Source of the DNA: a virus
Lineage: Duplodnaviria > Caudoviricetes
DNA: 24,034 bases
Strand: one strand, 5' to 3'
Virus record (IMG/VR): IMGVR_UViG_3300020045_005193
Span: 1 to 24,034 of that record
How positions within the stretch are numbered: the first letter of the stretch is position 1; each line of letters begins with the position of its first letter. The notes under the pieces are model-generated. The model searched no databases. It was not told the DNA's origin and saw only the letters and a program-made list of their open reading frames with translations. Both the position numbers and the translations under genes were made by a program. Shown piece by piece: positions 14,611-24,034 of this stretch.

Positions 14611-17172
14611 TTACAACAAATCTAACCAAGTTTTTAATATTTCTAAACTTTCAGCTTTTACTCCATTTACAGAAACTTCCATCCAGTAAACTCCGTTGTA
14701 CAATCTGTATCTGTTTTCATCGTAAATATATACTTTTTCGTTCTTAATTTCGTATGACAAAGTCAAAACACGTGTTTCATTATTAATCAAAATAAACTCG
14801 TTAGCTGTTGAAATAGTCATTGAAGTTGGTTCATATTTTTCCTCGCCTTTTATCCTTAATTCCATTTCTAAAAGCGAATATTCAATTTCTGTAGGATAAA
14901 CTTTTATAACTTGATTATTGTTATCAATAGAACGAATAAAGCCCCTCTGTGAGCGTATATTTGTCTGTAAGGTTATAAAGTCTGTAAACTCAACATTTGC
15001 TAAAACAATTTCGTTGTATAATATTGGCGATAATATCGGATTACTTGGTGTGAAATCTGCTTTTTCAGTTAATTTAACACCGTTATATTTTGCAGTATAA
15101 TCGCCGTTGTTTTTATACCAAGTGTTTTTTAATGGAAAATTTTTCCAGTAAATATTGGCGGTTGCTAAATATGAATTATAATAATTGTAAATATTGCTCA
15201 TTATCGAATAACGTCTATTACTATAACTATCTGGCGCATTTAACCCCGATGTCTCACTAAATCCCTCGTTTGTATAATTAGTAAAAGGTATCGAATCTTG
15301 GTCTAATGTATATGTGTATTTAGTTAATCTATTTCCGTTACCTGACGACGTTACTGTCCCTGATATTTTTGTCAATTCAAGAGAGTTTGAAGTAACTGAA
15401 AAAACAGTATAGTTTCCGGCGTTTAAATCAATTGTTTGAATCACAAACGAACTACCAACAATTATACCTAATGAAACAAAATTAATTGTACCGTCATTTC
15501 TTAATATTAATCTTCCGCTATCGGCTGAAAAAGTGTGTTCTAATTGTGTAACCTCCGTAAATTGATAATCATAAGTCGTATTTATGGAATCTATACAAAA
15601 TACAGTATCATCATCCTGACTCGCTGTGCTTTCTGTAATTTCCAATGCTTTTCGCCTTGTAGCTTCAATTAAAAATGCATCTCTCGTCCATTCGATACTA
15701 ACTTCTTTTTTGTTTTCTACATTTTTGTTAAAAAATACTAATTTACTTTCACCATGAATTGTATCGGCACTATTTGCCTCTTCATTTTCCTTTAACGATT
15801 GATAATTTTTATACTTAAATCCAAATTCATTAATCATGTATTTAGGATTGAAAGTTTTACTCATTTCTGAAAATTGCGTATTATTAAAAAACCCGCTTTC
15901 AGTTGGTTGGTAAAAATCACTTTCAATTCCAAAGAATATTTTGCCATCTGAACCTATCTCATAATCGCCTTTAAATTCCGTAATTGAATTTTCAATATCT
16001 TCCAAACTAAAATAAAAAGGCTTGTCGGTAACACCTCTTAGAAAGTTACCATTAATCAATCTATTGTCGTAAAATTGCCCTAATGATTGAAATCTTGGCG
16101 CATTTATTTGCAAGCCAGAGATAGATTTAACAACCTGATTCATAGCGTCAACTAATCGTATAGATTTAGAGATTGAGTTGTAGGCAGTACTTTCTGCGGT
16201 TATTTTTATAGACATATTAGAAATTGATATTTCATAATCTGCTATTCTATTTTTAATATTTACATAAACCCAAACATAACTATCTCGTTCTAAACTTAAT
16301 ATTTGATTTGATAAAATACCATTAAAAGAAAATGTTTCCCCGTCAGTTTTTCTTTGATATAACAAAACAATTTCTGCTGCTGTTTCAAAAACATTTCCAT
16401 ATCTTACTTTTACACTTACATCAACATACTCGCCAGAACCACCGCTATTTATAACGTTTAAAAATAAATTTAAATTAACAATTACATGTATATTTGTAAG
16501 ATTATTTTTTGCTTTTAAAACCTTAAAAGAACTGTTAGGTAAATTAGCAAATTCGCTCTCTGAATCTACAAAAAAAGTATAACTATCCTCAATTCCGTAT
16601 TTTTCTAAACTTAAGCATGGATTTATATTTTGAGTAAAAACAGCAGAAGAACCAGGAGCAAATATTTTTTTATAAAAATCATTAGATTGCGACCATTCAC
16701 TATTTTGAACTACTGGTTTAGCTAATAATAACATATTATCAGGAACTAATCCTCCAATATAGTTACCATCGACATCGACATCGCTTAATAAATCAACTTT
16801 TACACTCTTTCTTGCCTTTATAATTTGCAACTTACTATCTTCTATCCCTTTACATTTAAAGTACTCTAAATCGTCTGTTTCAGCTGTAGCAAAATCCAAA
16901 TCGCAAACATATTTATTTAATTCGTCTATTTCGATAGTCAATTCTACGATAGCTTCAAATCCAAATTTTCTATGATAATATAATAATTGTTTAAGTTCGT
17001 GATTTCTCATGTGAGTAAATTCAAATTGAATATCATTGCCTGAAAAACTCACGTCTCTACCCATTCCATTATCTTTTTGCTTTAACGAAAAGTTAATGTC
17101 TGACGTGCCAAAGGGCTCATCTATTTCTTTTTTACCGTAATTGTCTGACTTGAAGTTTAAATAAAATCTCAT
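14611..17172 (-). CDS. large tail tip/hub protein (853 aa)
   Basis: Directly follows the tape measure gene; beta-rich. Confidence 0.7.
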   Translation of the reverse strand: MRFYLNFKSDNYGKKEIDEPFGTSDINFSLKQKDNGMGRDVSFSGNDIQFEFTHMRNHELKQLLYYHRKFGFEAIVELTIEIDELNKYVCDLDFATAETDDLEYFKCKGIEDSKLQIIKARKSVKVDLLSDVDVDGNYIGGLVPDNMLLLAKPVVQNSEWSQSNDFYKKIFAPGSSAVFTQNINPCLSLEKYGIEDSYTFFVDSESEFANLPNSSFKVLKAKNNLTNIHVIVNLNLFLNVINSGGSGEYVDVSVKVRYGNVFETAAEIVLLYQRKTDGETFSFNGILSNQILSLERDSYVWVYVNIKNRIADYEISISNMSIKITAESTAYNSISKSIRLVDAMNQVVKSISGLQINAPRFQSLGQFYDNRLINGNFLRGVTDKPFYFSLEDIENSITEFKGDYEIGSDGKIFFGIESDFYQPTESGFFNNTQFSEMSKTFNPKYMINEFGFKYKNYQSLKENEEANSADTIHGESKLVFFNKNVENKKEVSIEWTRDAFLIEATRRKALEITESTASQDDDTVFCIDSINTTYDYQFTEVTQLEHTFSADSGRLILRNDGTINFVSLGIIVGSSFVIQTIDLNAGNYTVFSVTSNSLELTKISGTVTSSGNGNRLTKYTYTLDQDSIPFTNYTNEGFSETSGLNAPDSYSNRRYSIMSNIYNYYNSYLATANIYWKNFPLKNTWYKNNGDYTAKYNGVKLTEKADFTPSNPILSPILYNEIVLANVEFTDFITLQTNIRSQRGFIRSIDNNNQVIKVYPTEIEYSLLEMELRIKGEEKYEPTSMTISTANEFILINNETRVLTLSYEIKNEKVYIYDENRYRLYNGVYWMEVSVNGVKAESLEILKTWLDLL

Positions 17173-17174
17173 AT

Positions 17175-19907
17175 TTATATTTTAAAACCAGTTCTTGAAA
17201 CTCGGTTATTATTTTGAATCGTTCTATTTCCGTTTTTTTCGCTCCAACTTCTAAATCCGTTTTTGTCAAATGTAGTGTTATTGGTTTGTATTTTAGAAAA
17301 ATGTTTACTCATAACTGCGTCCATTTCCTGTGCTGTCATTCCGTTACTTTGATTGTATTTTGCACTCATTGAAATTCCTCTTTCGTTTAACATTTGCATT
17401 ATCTGTTGTTCATGTGTTAATACCTTAGTTCCTTTTGGCGCATTCATTAGTACATTTCTCCCCTCTGGCATTATTTCTTTTCCATTTGGTAAGATAACTT
17501 TTTCCTGATAATTAGAACCCTCACCATCATTTACAAGCATCATTCCTCCTATGTGATTGTCTGTACCGTCAAAATATTGCGGTATTTTTTGAGAAGCAAC
17601 CATGGCAATTTGAGCAGCTCCCAGAGCTCCTAATATCAAAGCTAATGGCAAACCTGCGAATCCAGTCTTTCCGACCGTTGCCATAATTGCCTGAGCAGTA
17701 TCAATAGCAATATTAAAAATAGCTTGTTTTTGTTTTGCTTTATTCTCTCTATTTGATATGTCTTTTTTACGTTTTTCCGCATCTTCATTAATTTTTGCTA
17801 TCGCAACTTCCGAACCTCCCGCATAGCTAATAGCTATTTTTTGTTGGTCTTCAATTCTTTGTCTTTCGGCATCGAAGTTTTGTTGACTTGCGTTTGATAT
17901 AAAATTAAAGGATTCTTGTGCACTTTCGGCTATTGCGTTAAACGTTACCGCAAATTTTTCTTTAGTTGTTTCCGCCCCTGCTAATAACTTTTCAAACGTA
18001 CCATCGAAAAATGTTTCTAAACTTCCAAATCCGCTATTTTGTAAAAATTCAGAACCAAAAGAACCTAACCAATTTGATGTCTCTACACCTAATTCTAATA
18101 TCCTTTTTTTTGTTTCTTCGGCTTTTTTACCAACATCCTCTAGCGATTTACTTGCTTTTTTACCGCTTTCAACAACTGAATTAAACGGGTCTTTTGACTC
18201 GCTTTTAGAAGTCGCTAATTTAGTTACTGGGTCTAAATCCAAAGCCTCTAAGCTATTTTTTTGTTTATTATAACTTTCGATTAATTTTATTTTCTCTAAT
18301 TGAAAATTTATTAGGGCTGTTTTTTGCTTATCTTGATTTCCTTTAGACAATCTAAATTCTTCGTCATAATCTAATTTAGCAATGTCAATACGTTTTAAAA
18401 AATCAGCGTCCAAAGCTGTTAATCTATCGCTATAATAAGAGTCTTCATTGTTTAGTTTTTGGTCTATTTTAGCCAATTCCAATTCTAATTCTTTTTTTCT
18501 TAGTTCAGATATTGCTTTTAAACGGTCTTCTTCTTCTTTAGATATTTCGGATGACGCTTTTTTATTTTCCTCTACTTCTTTTGTTTTATTAGATGCGTTT
18601 AGTTCGCTCAATTTAAAACCAGCTTCTTTGACTTGATTTTCAGCTTTATTTAAATTATTTACTATAACCGCTAAAACTTCATTTTCAGAATTTACTCTAA
18701 TTCTCGCCTGTTCTTTTGCGATTCTTCCACTACCTACTTGTTTTAATAATTCGCTAAAATAAGCCTCTTCATTGCCTTTTTTAACAGCATTTTTATATTT
18801 ATTAACCTCCTCTATTTGACCTTGATAAACATCTCTAATTCTTTCAGCGTTTTTCAATTTCATTTCCGCACCCTTAAGGTCGAGGTCGTTTATTTCTGAT
18901 TGCGATTTACCTTGTTGTTTTAATAATTCTTTTTGTAGAGTAATTTGATGGTCTATATTATTAGATGCTATTTTCATTAAATCATCATTTCTTTCGTATG
19001 ATTTATTTAACGCATCTACTGATTTTTTGGCCTCGTCAGTATTAAATGCATAATCTATTAATTTTGCCCCATAAATAGTAAGCAATGTTACTCCAACTGA
19101 TAATAGAGACTGCCAGCTAAATACGGCTCCAGCAATTGATTTCAAGACACTAACAGTCGGCTTTCCTTCTTCAACTAACATTTTATTTTTATCACGAATA
19201 CCGTTTATAGCGTCAAATAAAGCGGGAAAGTTATTTGATAAAGCCATAAAACCAGTATTCACACTATTTGCAAAAGCTGGTGCTTCACGTGATAATTGAT
19301 TAATAGAGTTTCCTAATGCGTTATATCCACTTGCATAATTACCTACATTTCTTTGGTTTTTGCCTATTGTTGCGTCTGTCGCCTTTAAAATACCGTTGTA
19401 TTTTTCGTTTACTCTCGATAATGTTTGCAAACGCATTTCTTCGTTAGCTGTTAGATTGTTGTAACGTTCCTTTCTAACCGCTAAGTCATTATAAGCCTTT
19501 GTAAGTGTGTTTATTTGCGTTTGAGTCTTATTGTATGCACTTGCGTTTTTATTAGCTATCGCTTGTTCTTTTTGCGCATTCTTTTCAAATGAATCAAACG
19601 CTTTTTCTCTCGCTTGTTGCAAACGAATTTCAGCCAAACGTGATTGTTCGGCTTTCTTTGCAATATCAGCGTGTAATTTAGTAATTATTGTATTTTGTTT
19701 CTCCAATTGAGTATTTAAAGAAGCTGTACTTTGAACCGCTTTGTCTAATCCGCTTGGCGTTGAAATTCCACTAATTCCTTTACTTGCGTTACTTGCTGAT
19801 TGGCTAATTTTTAACAATTCAGCATCAGCCAAACTCAACTTTGAAATTAAACTTTCAACCTGTTTAATAGCTTCTGAACCAATTACTAAATCTACACTAT
19901 TTGCCAT
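17175..19907 (-). CDS. tail tape measure protein
   Basis: 910 aa helical/coiled coil, QRNVGNYASG motif, hydrophobic segments, AIDTAQAIM...GAAQIA; position. Confidence 0.9.
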   Translation of the reverse strand: MANSVDLVIGSEAIKQVESLISKLSLADAELLKISQSASNASKGISGISTPSGLDKAVQSTASLNTQLEKQNTIITKLHADIAKKAEQSRLAEIRLQQAREKAFDSFEKNAQKEQAIANKNASAYNKTQTQINTLTKAYNDLAVRKERYNNLTANEEMRLQTLSRVNEKYNGILKATDATIGKNQRNVGNYASGYNALGNSINQLSREAPAFANSVNTGFMALSNNFPALFDAINGIRDKNKMLVEEGKPTVSVLKSIAGAVFSWQSLLSVGVTLLTIYGAKLIDYAFNTDEAKKSVDALNKSYERNDDLMKIASNNIDHQITLQKELLKQQGKSQSEINDLDLKGAEMKLKNAERIRDVYQGQIEEVNKYKNAVKKGNEEAYFSELLKQVGSGRIAKEQARIRVNSENEVLAVIVNNLNKAENQVKEAGFKLSELNASNKTKEVEENKKASSEISKEEEDRLKAISELRKKELELELAKIDQKLNNEDSYYSDRLTALDADFLKRIDIAKLDYDEEFRLSKGNQDKQKTALINFQLEKIKLIESYNKQKNSLEALDLDPVTKLATSKSESKDPFNSVVESGKKASKSLEDVGKKAEETKKRILELGVETSNWLGSFGSEFLQNSGFGSLETFFDGTFEKLLAGAETTKEKFAVTFNAIAESAQESFNFISNASQQNFDAERQRIEDQQKIAISYAGGSEVAIAKINEDAEKRKKDISNRENKAKQKQAIFNIAIDTAQAIMATVGKTGFAGLPLALILGALGAAQIAMVASQKIPQYFDGTDNHIGGMMLVNDGEGSNYQEKVILPNGKEIMPEGRNVLMNAPKGTKVLTHEQQIMQMLNERGISMSAKYNQSNGMTAQEMDAVMSKHFSKIQTNNTTFDKNGFRSWSEKNGNRTIQNNNRVSRTGFKI

Positions 19908-19908
19908 A

Positions 19909-20532
19909 TTAATTTTGTTTTGCTTTTTCTTCTAATAATTTGCATATTTCAATCCATTCTGAAACCGTTATTTCTTTAGGATTTAATCTATAAGGATATT
20001 GTAACCCGATAGTTGCGATTTGTAGTTGTTTAGCTAAAGATGTTGTTTCAACTTTTGCATCTTTATTTAATTCCATATCTACTAATGAAATTTTAGTTTT
20101 AATTCCCTCGCACGCCGTATTTAAACGTTGTAATTCAACAGCATCACCATCAATAGTATTAACTTCTGACATTTTAAAACCGTGTTTTGCTAATTCTTTT
20201 ATAAATAACAAACGCACTTCCATTTGGTTATCCGCAAATCCTAACCACATTCTACTAATCAAAGATTTTACAACGTGGTATTTTAGTTTTAAAGCTTCAA
20301 TTTCACCCCATTTTTGCAAACGATTAGTAAATGAACGGTCGTCAATTGCCTTGAAGTATTCATCCAAAATAACTTTTTCAATACTGTTTAACTGCTCATT
20401 TTCTACTTTCTTAGCTCTACCATCGTACCCAATAATAAACCAGTTTAAATCACGTGTATTGCGGTATTTATCAAAGTTATATAAAGGTAGGTTTTCTATT
20501 GAATCGTAATAATTAATTTTAGTTAGTTTCAT
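19909..20532 (-). CDS. probable tail assembly chaperone
   Basis: Immediately upstream of the tape measure gene; ITVSEW C-terminal motif. Confidence 0.55.
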   Translation of the reverse strand: MKLTKINYYDSIENLPLYNFDKYRNTRDLNWFIIGYDGRAKKVENEQLNSIEKVILDEYFKAIDDRSFTNRLQKWGEIEALKLKYHVVKSLISRMWLGFADNQMEVRLLFIKELAKHGFKMSEVNTIDGDAVELQRLNTACEGIKTKISLVDMELNKDAKVETTSLAKQLQIATIGLQYPYRLNPKEITVSEWIEICKLLEEKAKQN

Positions 20533-20996
20533 AAATATCTTTTTATAAATTTCATTAATTCTGGCAATATAATATCATTATTAACTATTTCCTGATTTGT
20601 TTTGTCTAATCCAAATAAATTGCTATATCCTGCAAAAAATATGCTTTTTTCTCCATTCCCTGTTCCCGTGCTAAATATATCAAATTTTGTTAAATTAGGT
20701 TGTAAATCAATTTGCATATTTGATAAAAACGCACCAGTTTCTAAAAAATTATACGGATTTCCTGCTATCTTTTTAGGATTTAACATTTGAGTAGCTAAAG
20801 AATAAACTCCTTTAAATACTTTTTCATTGCTATTTTTTAACAATTTACCATCACTACCGACTCCATCCTGAAAAGCATCTACATTTAAACTAATAATTTT
20901 ATCTTCATTAGCTAAAACAATACGCTCTTGTTCGTTAAGCATTTCGGAATTAACAAACTTGCATTTTTTTATGTAATCTGATATAGTAACTGACAT
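20529..20996 (-). CDS. neck/tail-completion-like morphogenesis protein (start MSVTIS)
   Basis: NFLETGAF...LFGL motif; the ORF-track start 21011 overlaps the promoter/terminator, so ATG 20996 is preferred. Confidence 0.6.
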   Translation of the reverse strand: MSVTISDYIKKCKFVNSEMLNEQERIVLANEDKIISLNVDAFQDGVGSDGKLLKNSNEKVFKGVYSLATQMLNPKKIAGNPYNFLETGAFLSNMQIDLQPNLTKFDIFSTGTGNGEKSIFFAGYSNLFGLDKTNQEIVNNDIILPELMKFIKRYL

Positions 20997-21000
20997 AAAG

Positions 21001-21008
21001 CAAATATA
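21001..21008 (-). promoter_or_regulatory. -7 element TATATTTG 4 nt upstream of ATG
   Basis: Minus strand TATATTTGCTTTATG. Confidence 0.65.
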
Positions 21009-21009
21009 C

Positions 21010-21040
21010 AAAAAAACCCGTTACTAAATGCAACGGGTTT
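21010..21040 (-). terminator. intrinsic terminator after the major tail gene
   Basis: Minus strand AAACCCGTTGC-attta-GTAACGGGTTT followed by TTTT. Confidence 0.85.
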
Positions 21041-21062
21041 AATTCTCATTATTTTAATAAAA

Positions 21063-21974
21063 CTAAGTAGCAGAAACTATTACAGTAGCGGTATTTGATT
21101 TATATAAAACATCAGCTAAAGTCAATACAATACTATCTAAAGACACTTCAACAATATCAGCAGTTGTATTTGCCGTTACTGTAAGCGTGTATTTTTTAGT
21201 TACAGAGCTATACGATACTGCGCTTGGAGTTATCGCAACACCATTACGAATTACGCTAAAATCACCTACTAACAATCCTTCAACTGGATGTGTTTTGTCT
21301 TGTAAAAACGCACTTACTACTACTGAAGTAGACAGCGTAACAATTGGATTAACGGAAACAACAACCTCGTTAACTCCGCTTAATTCACCATAGCTAAAAT
21401 CTAATTCGTTAGACTCAATCCACGACATTCTTTCGTCAATTTCTGCACGTTCGATTAATTGTAAAAGGATAGTTTGAGAACTTGCGTCAGTTCCATTTGC
21501 TCCCATGTATTTACCATTTTCAAACATTCCTAAAGTAAATCCTTTAGCTGAACCCGATTTAGTTACTGTAAAAAACATTGAATTATCAACGTCAAATAAT
21601 ATTAAATCATAATTTCCATACCCTGATAAAGAAGTCAAAGCCTTATGAAAGTTGATACCGTTGTCAAAAGTAACTGTATGCTCGTAAGGGTTCTTACCTG
21701 CCACAACTTTAATCCCAGAACCTGCACGAGTAATAATATTGTCGTCTGCTGTTGAATCTTCAAAAGAAACAACGCCTTGCAACATAATTAAAGTACCATC
21801 TTGCTGTAAAGAACGCATATAGTCCTTTGTAATTTCAGACGCAAATACAAACCCTTTTTGAACCAGCCCTAATGCGGTTACTCTTTTTCGGTCTTGTCTA
21901 CATCCTGCTAATCCTGTTCCAAGAACTCCATTAGCTCCACAATTTACTGTGTTTATTTGTGTTTCTAAACTCAT
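21063..21974 (-). CDS. major tail tube protein with C-terminal Ig-like extension
   Basis: 303 aa, followed by a terminator, Thr/Val/Ser-rich beta C-terminus; position. Confidence 0.7.
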   Translation of the reverse strand: MSLETQINTVNCGANGVLGTGLAGCRQDRKRVTALGLVQKGFVFASEITKDYMRSLQQDGTLIMLQGVVSFEDSTADDNIITRAGSGIKVVAGKNPYEHTVTFDNGINFHKALTSLSGYGNYDLILFDVDNSMFFTVTKSGSAKGFTLGMFENGKYMGANGTDASSQTILLQLIERAEIDERMSWIESNELDFSYGELSGVNEVVVSVNPIVTLSTSVVVSAFLQDKTHPVEGLLVGDFSVIRNGVAITPSAVSYSSVTKKYTLTVTANTTADIVEVSLDSIVLTLADVLYKSNTATVIVSAT

Positions 21975-22117
21975 TATTTTATAAATTTATTTAAGATTAA
22001 TTTTTCAATTGTTTTTTTATCCGATAGCTCAATATTAGAACTAACTTGATATTTTTTATCTAAAGTAAATTCCTTAATTACTTTAAACGATTGTTTTTTT
22101 TGTTCTTTTTCTGCCAT
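21974..22117 (-). CDS. small hypothetical protein (47 aa, MAEKEQKKQSFKVIKEF...)
   Basis: Manual translation; TAATG coupling to the next gene. Confidence 0.6.
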   Translation of the reverse strand: MAEKEQKKQSFKVIKEFTLDKKYQVSSNIELSDKKTIEKLILNKFIK

Positions 22118-22121
22118 AGCA

Positions 22122-22616
22122 TTAAAATTTTATATTTTGTTTTATGCAACCTGATATAATTTCAATTTCTAAATCCAAAACCAACGCATTCCAAACAGTA
22201 ATAAGTCCTTTTCCATTATCATTTACACTATAATTAGGCTTCAATTCCTTATCAATAGTGCTTCCAATTATCTTTGAAATTCCGCTACTCTCTAAAAGCG
22301 TAATAAAATCATTATAAACTGGAATAAGGACTTTTGCATAGTCTGTTTGATATTGTTGAGCATTAAATCCGTCAACATCATTTGAGCGTGTTGCAATTAC
22401 AAACCTTGCATTTCTTGTTACTCGATTACGCAATAAATCATCTGTATCTTTAGAAGTTACTAACCAAACAAGCGGGTATTTTGAAACGCTTTCCTTTAAG
22501 ATTAAGAATTTATTCAAAACATCAATTGTGCCCCAATCGTATCTGATTGGATGGGTATTTTCCCATGCTGGCATTAATGCGATTAATTCTCTAATCTTTT
22601 CTTCAAAAACTATCAT
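22122..22616 (-). CDS. tail terminator/completion-like protein
   Basis: KYPLVWL motif; position upstream of the tail tube gene. Confidence 0.6.
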   Translation of the reverse strand: MIVFEEKIRELIALMPAWENTHPIRYDWGTIDVLNKFLILKESVSKYPLVWLVTSKDTDDLLRNRVTRNARFVIATRSNDVDGFNAQQYQTDYAKVLIPVYNDFITLLESSGISKIIGSTIDKELKPNYSVNDNGKGLITVWNALVLDLEIEIISGCIKQNIKF

Positions 22617-23218
22617 ATGCCAAAACTGTTTTTAGTTTCGTAAATCTTAAAATACTCAGGTTTCCAATTTGCAAACTCTATTTGTTTGTCCATCAAATAA
22701 CCATAAAGGCTTTTTTCTATTCCGTTACAACCGTACCAATCTATAAAATTGTCGGTTATATTTGGGAATATCAAATACTCACCTTGATATTGTTTAACGA
22801 AATTTTGATGCGCTCCTGATATTAAATATTTTGGAGTTTGAACCGTTGCGTTTTCTGCATTAACTTTTTTTGCTCCGGTTGCCGAAAGTCTTATATCTGT
22901 TTGAGTAACAAATTCTTGAAAGATATAATTAGCAATTAATGAATCATCATTGTCTAATCCTAACCATATTTTTCCGTCATATTCATCACCTTGAATCAGT
23001 TTCTTAAACTTTTCGTCTGATGCATCAATATCCGTTATTGCTTTTACTTCGTTGTAAAGACTTAAACCAAGTGCATTTAATAGTATTTCACGCTCTAATT
23101 TTACACACATATAATCTAACTCCGTAGCGTTATTTGGAGTTGCTGACGGGTCAACAACAGCTAAAGGAATGTGTATGTAATTCTGATTGTTAAAGAATGA
23201 TTTATCTACTATTTGCAT
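22613..23218 (-). CDS. head-tail adaptor-like protein
   Basis: Follows the capsid gene; LLNALGL.LY pattern. Confidence 0.6.
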   Translation of the reverse strand: MQIVDKSFFNNQNYIHIPLAVVDPSATPNNATELDYMCVKLEREILLNALGLSLYNEVKAITDIDASDEKFKKLIQGDEYDGKIWLGLDNDDSLIANYIFQEFVTQTDIRLSATGAKKVNAENATVQTPKYLISGAHQNFVKQYQGEYLIFPNITDNFIDWYGCNGIEKSLYGYLMDKQIEFANWKPEYFKIYETKNSFGI

Positions 23219-23222
23219 TTTG

Positions 23223-23360
23223 TTATTTTTTTGGTTTAATCTCTTTTACTTCTTCAAAAAGTTTTATTTCAAATCCTTTTTCTAAAGCATCCTTATCGTC
23301 TATTTCAATTAAGGCGGATTTCTTATAACCCGCCCAATCTTTTAACAATTTAACTTGCAT
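23223..23360 (-). CDS. small capsid-linked protein (45 aa, MQVKLLKDWAGYKK...)
   Basis: Manual translation; directly after the capsid gene. Confidence 0.6.
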   Translation of the reverse strand: MQVKLLKDWAGYKKSALIEIDDKDALEKGFEIKLFEEVKEIKPKK

Positions 23361-23363
23361 TTA

Positions 23364-23942
23364 TTACGCTTTTGTTAAAGCAGTAATAGCAGTTGAAAGA
23401 ACTCCTTTTACAAATGCTCCGTAATGATTTGATTTTACTCTTTGAACCAAACGAGCCTCGGCAAGAATAGTTACTAAGTTTTTAGTAAAATCGTCATTTT
23501 CATAACCTACGTTAATAGTTAACCCCTCTTTGAAACGAACTCCAGCTTTACTAAAGTCACCCACCAAGAATGAATCTAAGGCAATACCTGTATTTGCAAC
23601 AACACGAATACCGCTAACTACCGTGCCATCAATGGCAGCGAATGGAGGCATAATGTATTGACCTGTACTATCTTTTGACAATTCCATTCCTGTAACATCT
23701 GTAGGGTGCATCAAGATATAATTTGGCTCAAACAAGTTAACTCTAACTTGATTTATTGCGGTTCTAAGAACGTCCCATTTCGTAGGTGTTGGAATAGCCA
23801 AAGCAAATGAACCAGCAGCCCATGCAGTAGCATTTGTATTGATACCTGTTAAATTAACAGTTAAACCTGTTCCGTTCAATAATTGGTCGTCAATTTTCAA
23901 GTTGATTAACTCAGTCAATTCTTGGTCAATTTCAGAACGCAT
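23364..23942 (-). CDS. major capsid protein, HK97 fold (C-terminal part; 5' end missing)
   Basis: QLLNGTG...LTGI, ILMHPTD, KDSTGQYI, FLVGDF, DFTKNLVTILAEAR. Confidence 0.92.
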   Translation of the reverse strand: MRSEIDQELTELINLKIDDQLLNGTGLTVNLTGINTNATAWAAGSFALAIPTPTKWDVLRTAINQVRVNLFEPNYILMHPTDVTGMELSKDSTGQYIMPPFAAIDGTVVSGIRVVANTGIALDSFLVGDFSKAGVRFKEGLTINVGYENDDFTKNLVTILAEARLVQRVKSNHYGAFVKGVLSTAITALTKA

Positions 23943-24034
23943 AAGGATGCTTTAGAAAAAGGATTTGAAATAAAACTTTTTGAAGAAGTAAAAGAGATTA
24001 AACCAAAAAAATAACAAAATGCAAATAGTAGATA
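23941..24034. repeat. 94-nt perfect inverted copy of 23203-23296 (probable chimeric read/assembly artefact)
   Basis: Exact reverse complement; interrupts the capsid gene at the window end. Confidence 0.85.

Noticed and set aside
19909-20996. Programmed frameshift in tail assembly chaperone genes
   Set aside because: I could not identify a convincing slippery site with a matching overlapping frame by eye
23941-24034. Biological invertible segment or terminal repeat
   Set aside because: Perfect identity, position at the window end and disruption of the essential capsid gene point to a chimera
1-24034. Diversity-generating retroelement, integrase, tRNA genes or stop-codon recoding
   Set aside because: I saw no reverse transcriptase or recombinase motifs, no template/variable repeat pair and no cloverleaf; long genes read intact in the standard bacterial code

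Overview
AT-rich fragment of a tailed (siphovirus-like) phage genome, most likely infecting a Flavobacterium/Bacteroidota host (TAnnTTTG promoters, no Shine-Dalgarno sites, DUF3127). The minus strand of 7450-23942 is the late operon: truncated HK97-type major capsid, neck, tail tube, tape measure, tail tip and fibre genes, then holin-like genes, a GH24 endolysin and a u-spanin-like lipoprotein. Bases 1-3950 (minus) are early genes, including a Rad52/Sak-like annealase and a DUF3127 SSB-like protein. A divergent plus-strand accessory operon runs from 4056 to 6772. The most striking structure is at 5206-6571: an integron-like array of three TAAC...GTTA hairpins, each followed by one small gene that is bracketed by its own 13-14 bp inverted repeat. 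Strand asymmetry suggests the cassettes are inverted relative to canonical integrons, and there is no integrase in the window. Second, a NUMOD4-HNH-AP2 endonuclease appears to have inserted into the spanin-like gene, supplying a replacement C-terminal transmembrane segment and leaving the old one as a remnant. The last 94 nt are an inverted copy of 23203-23296, probably a chimeric artefact. All product calls are from motif recognition only; no database searches were run.
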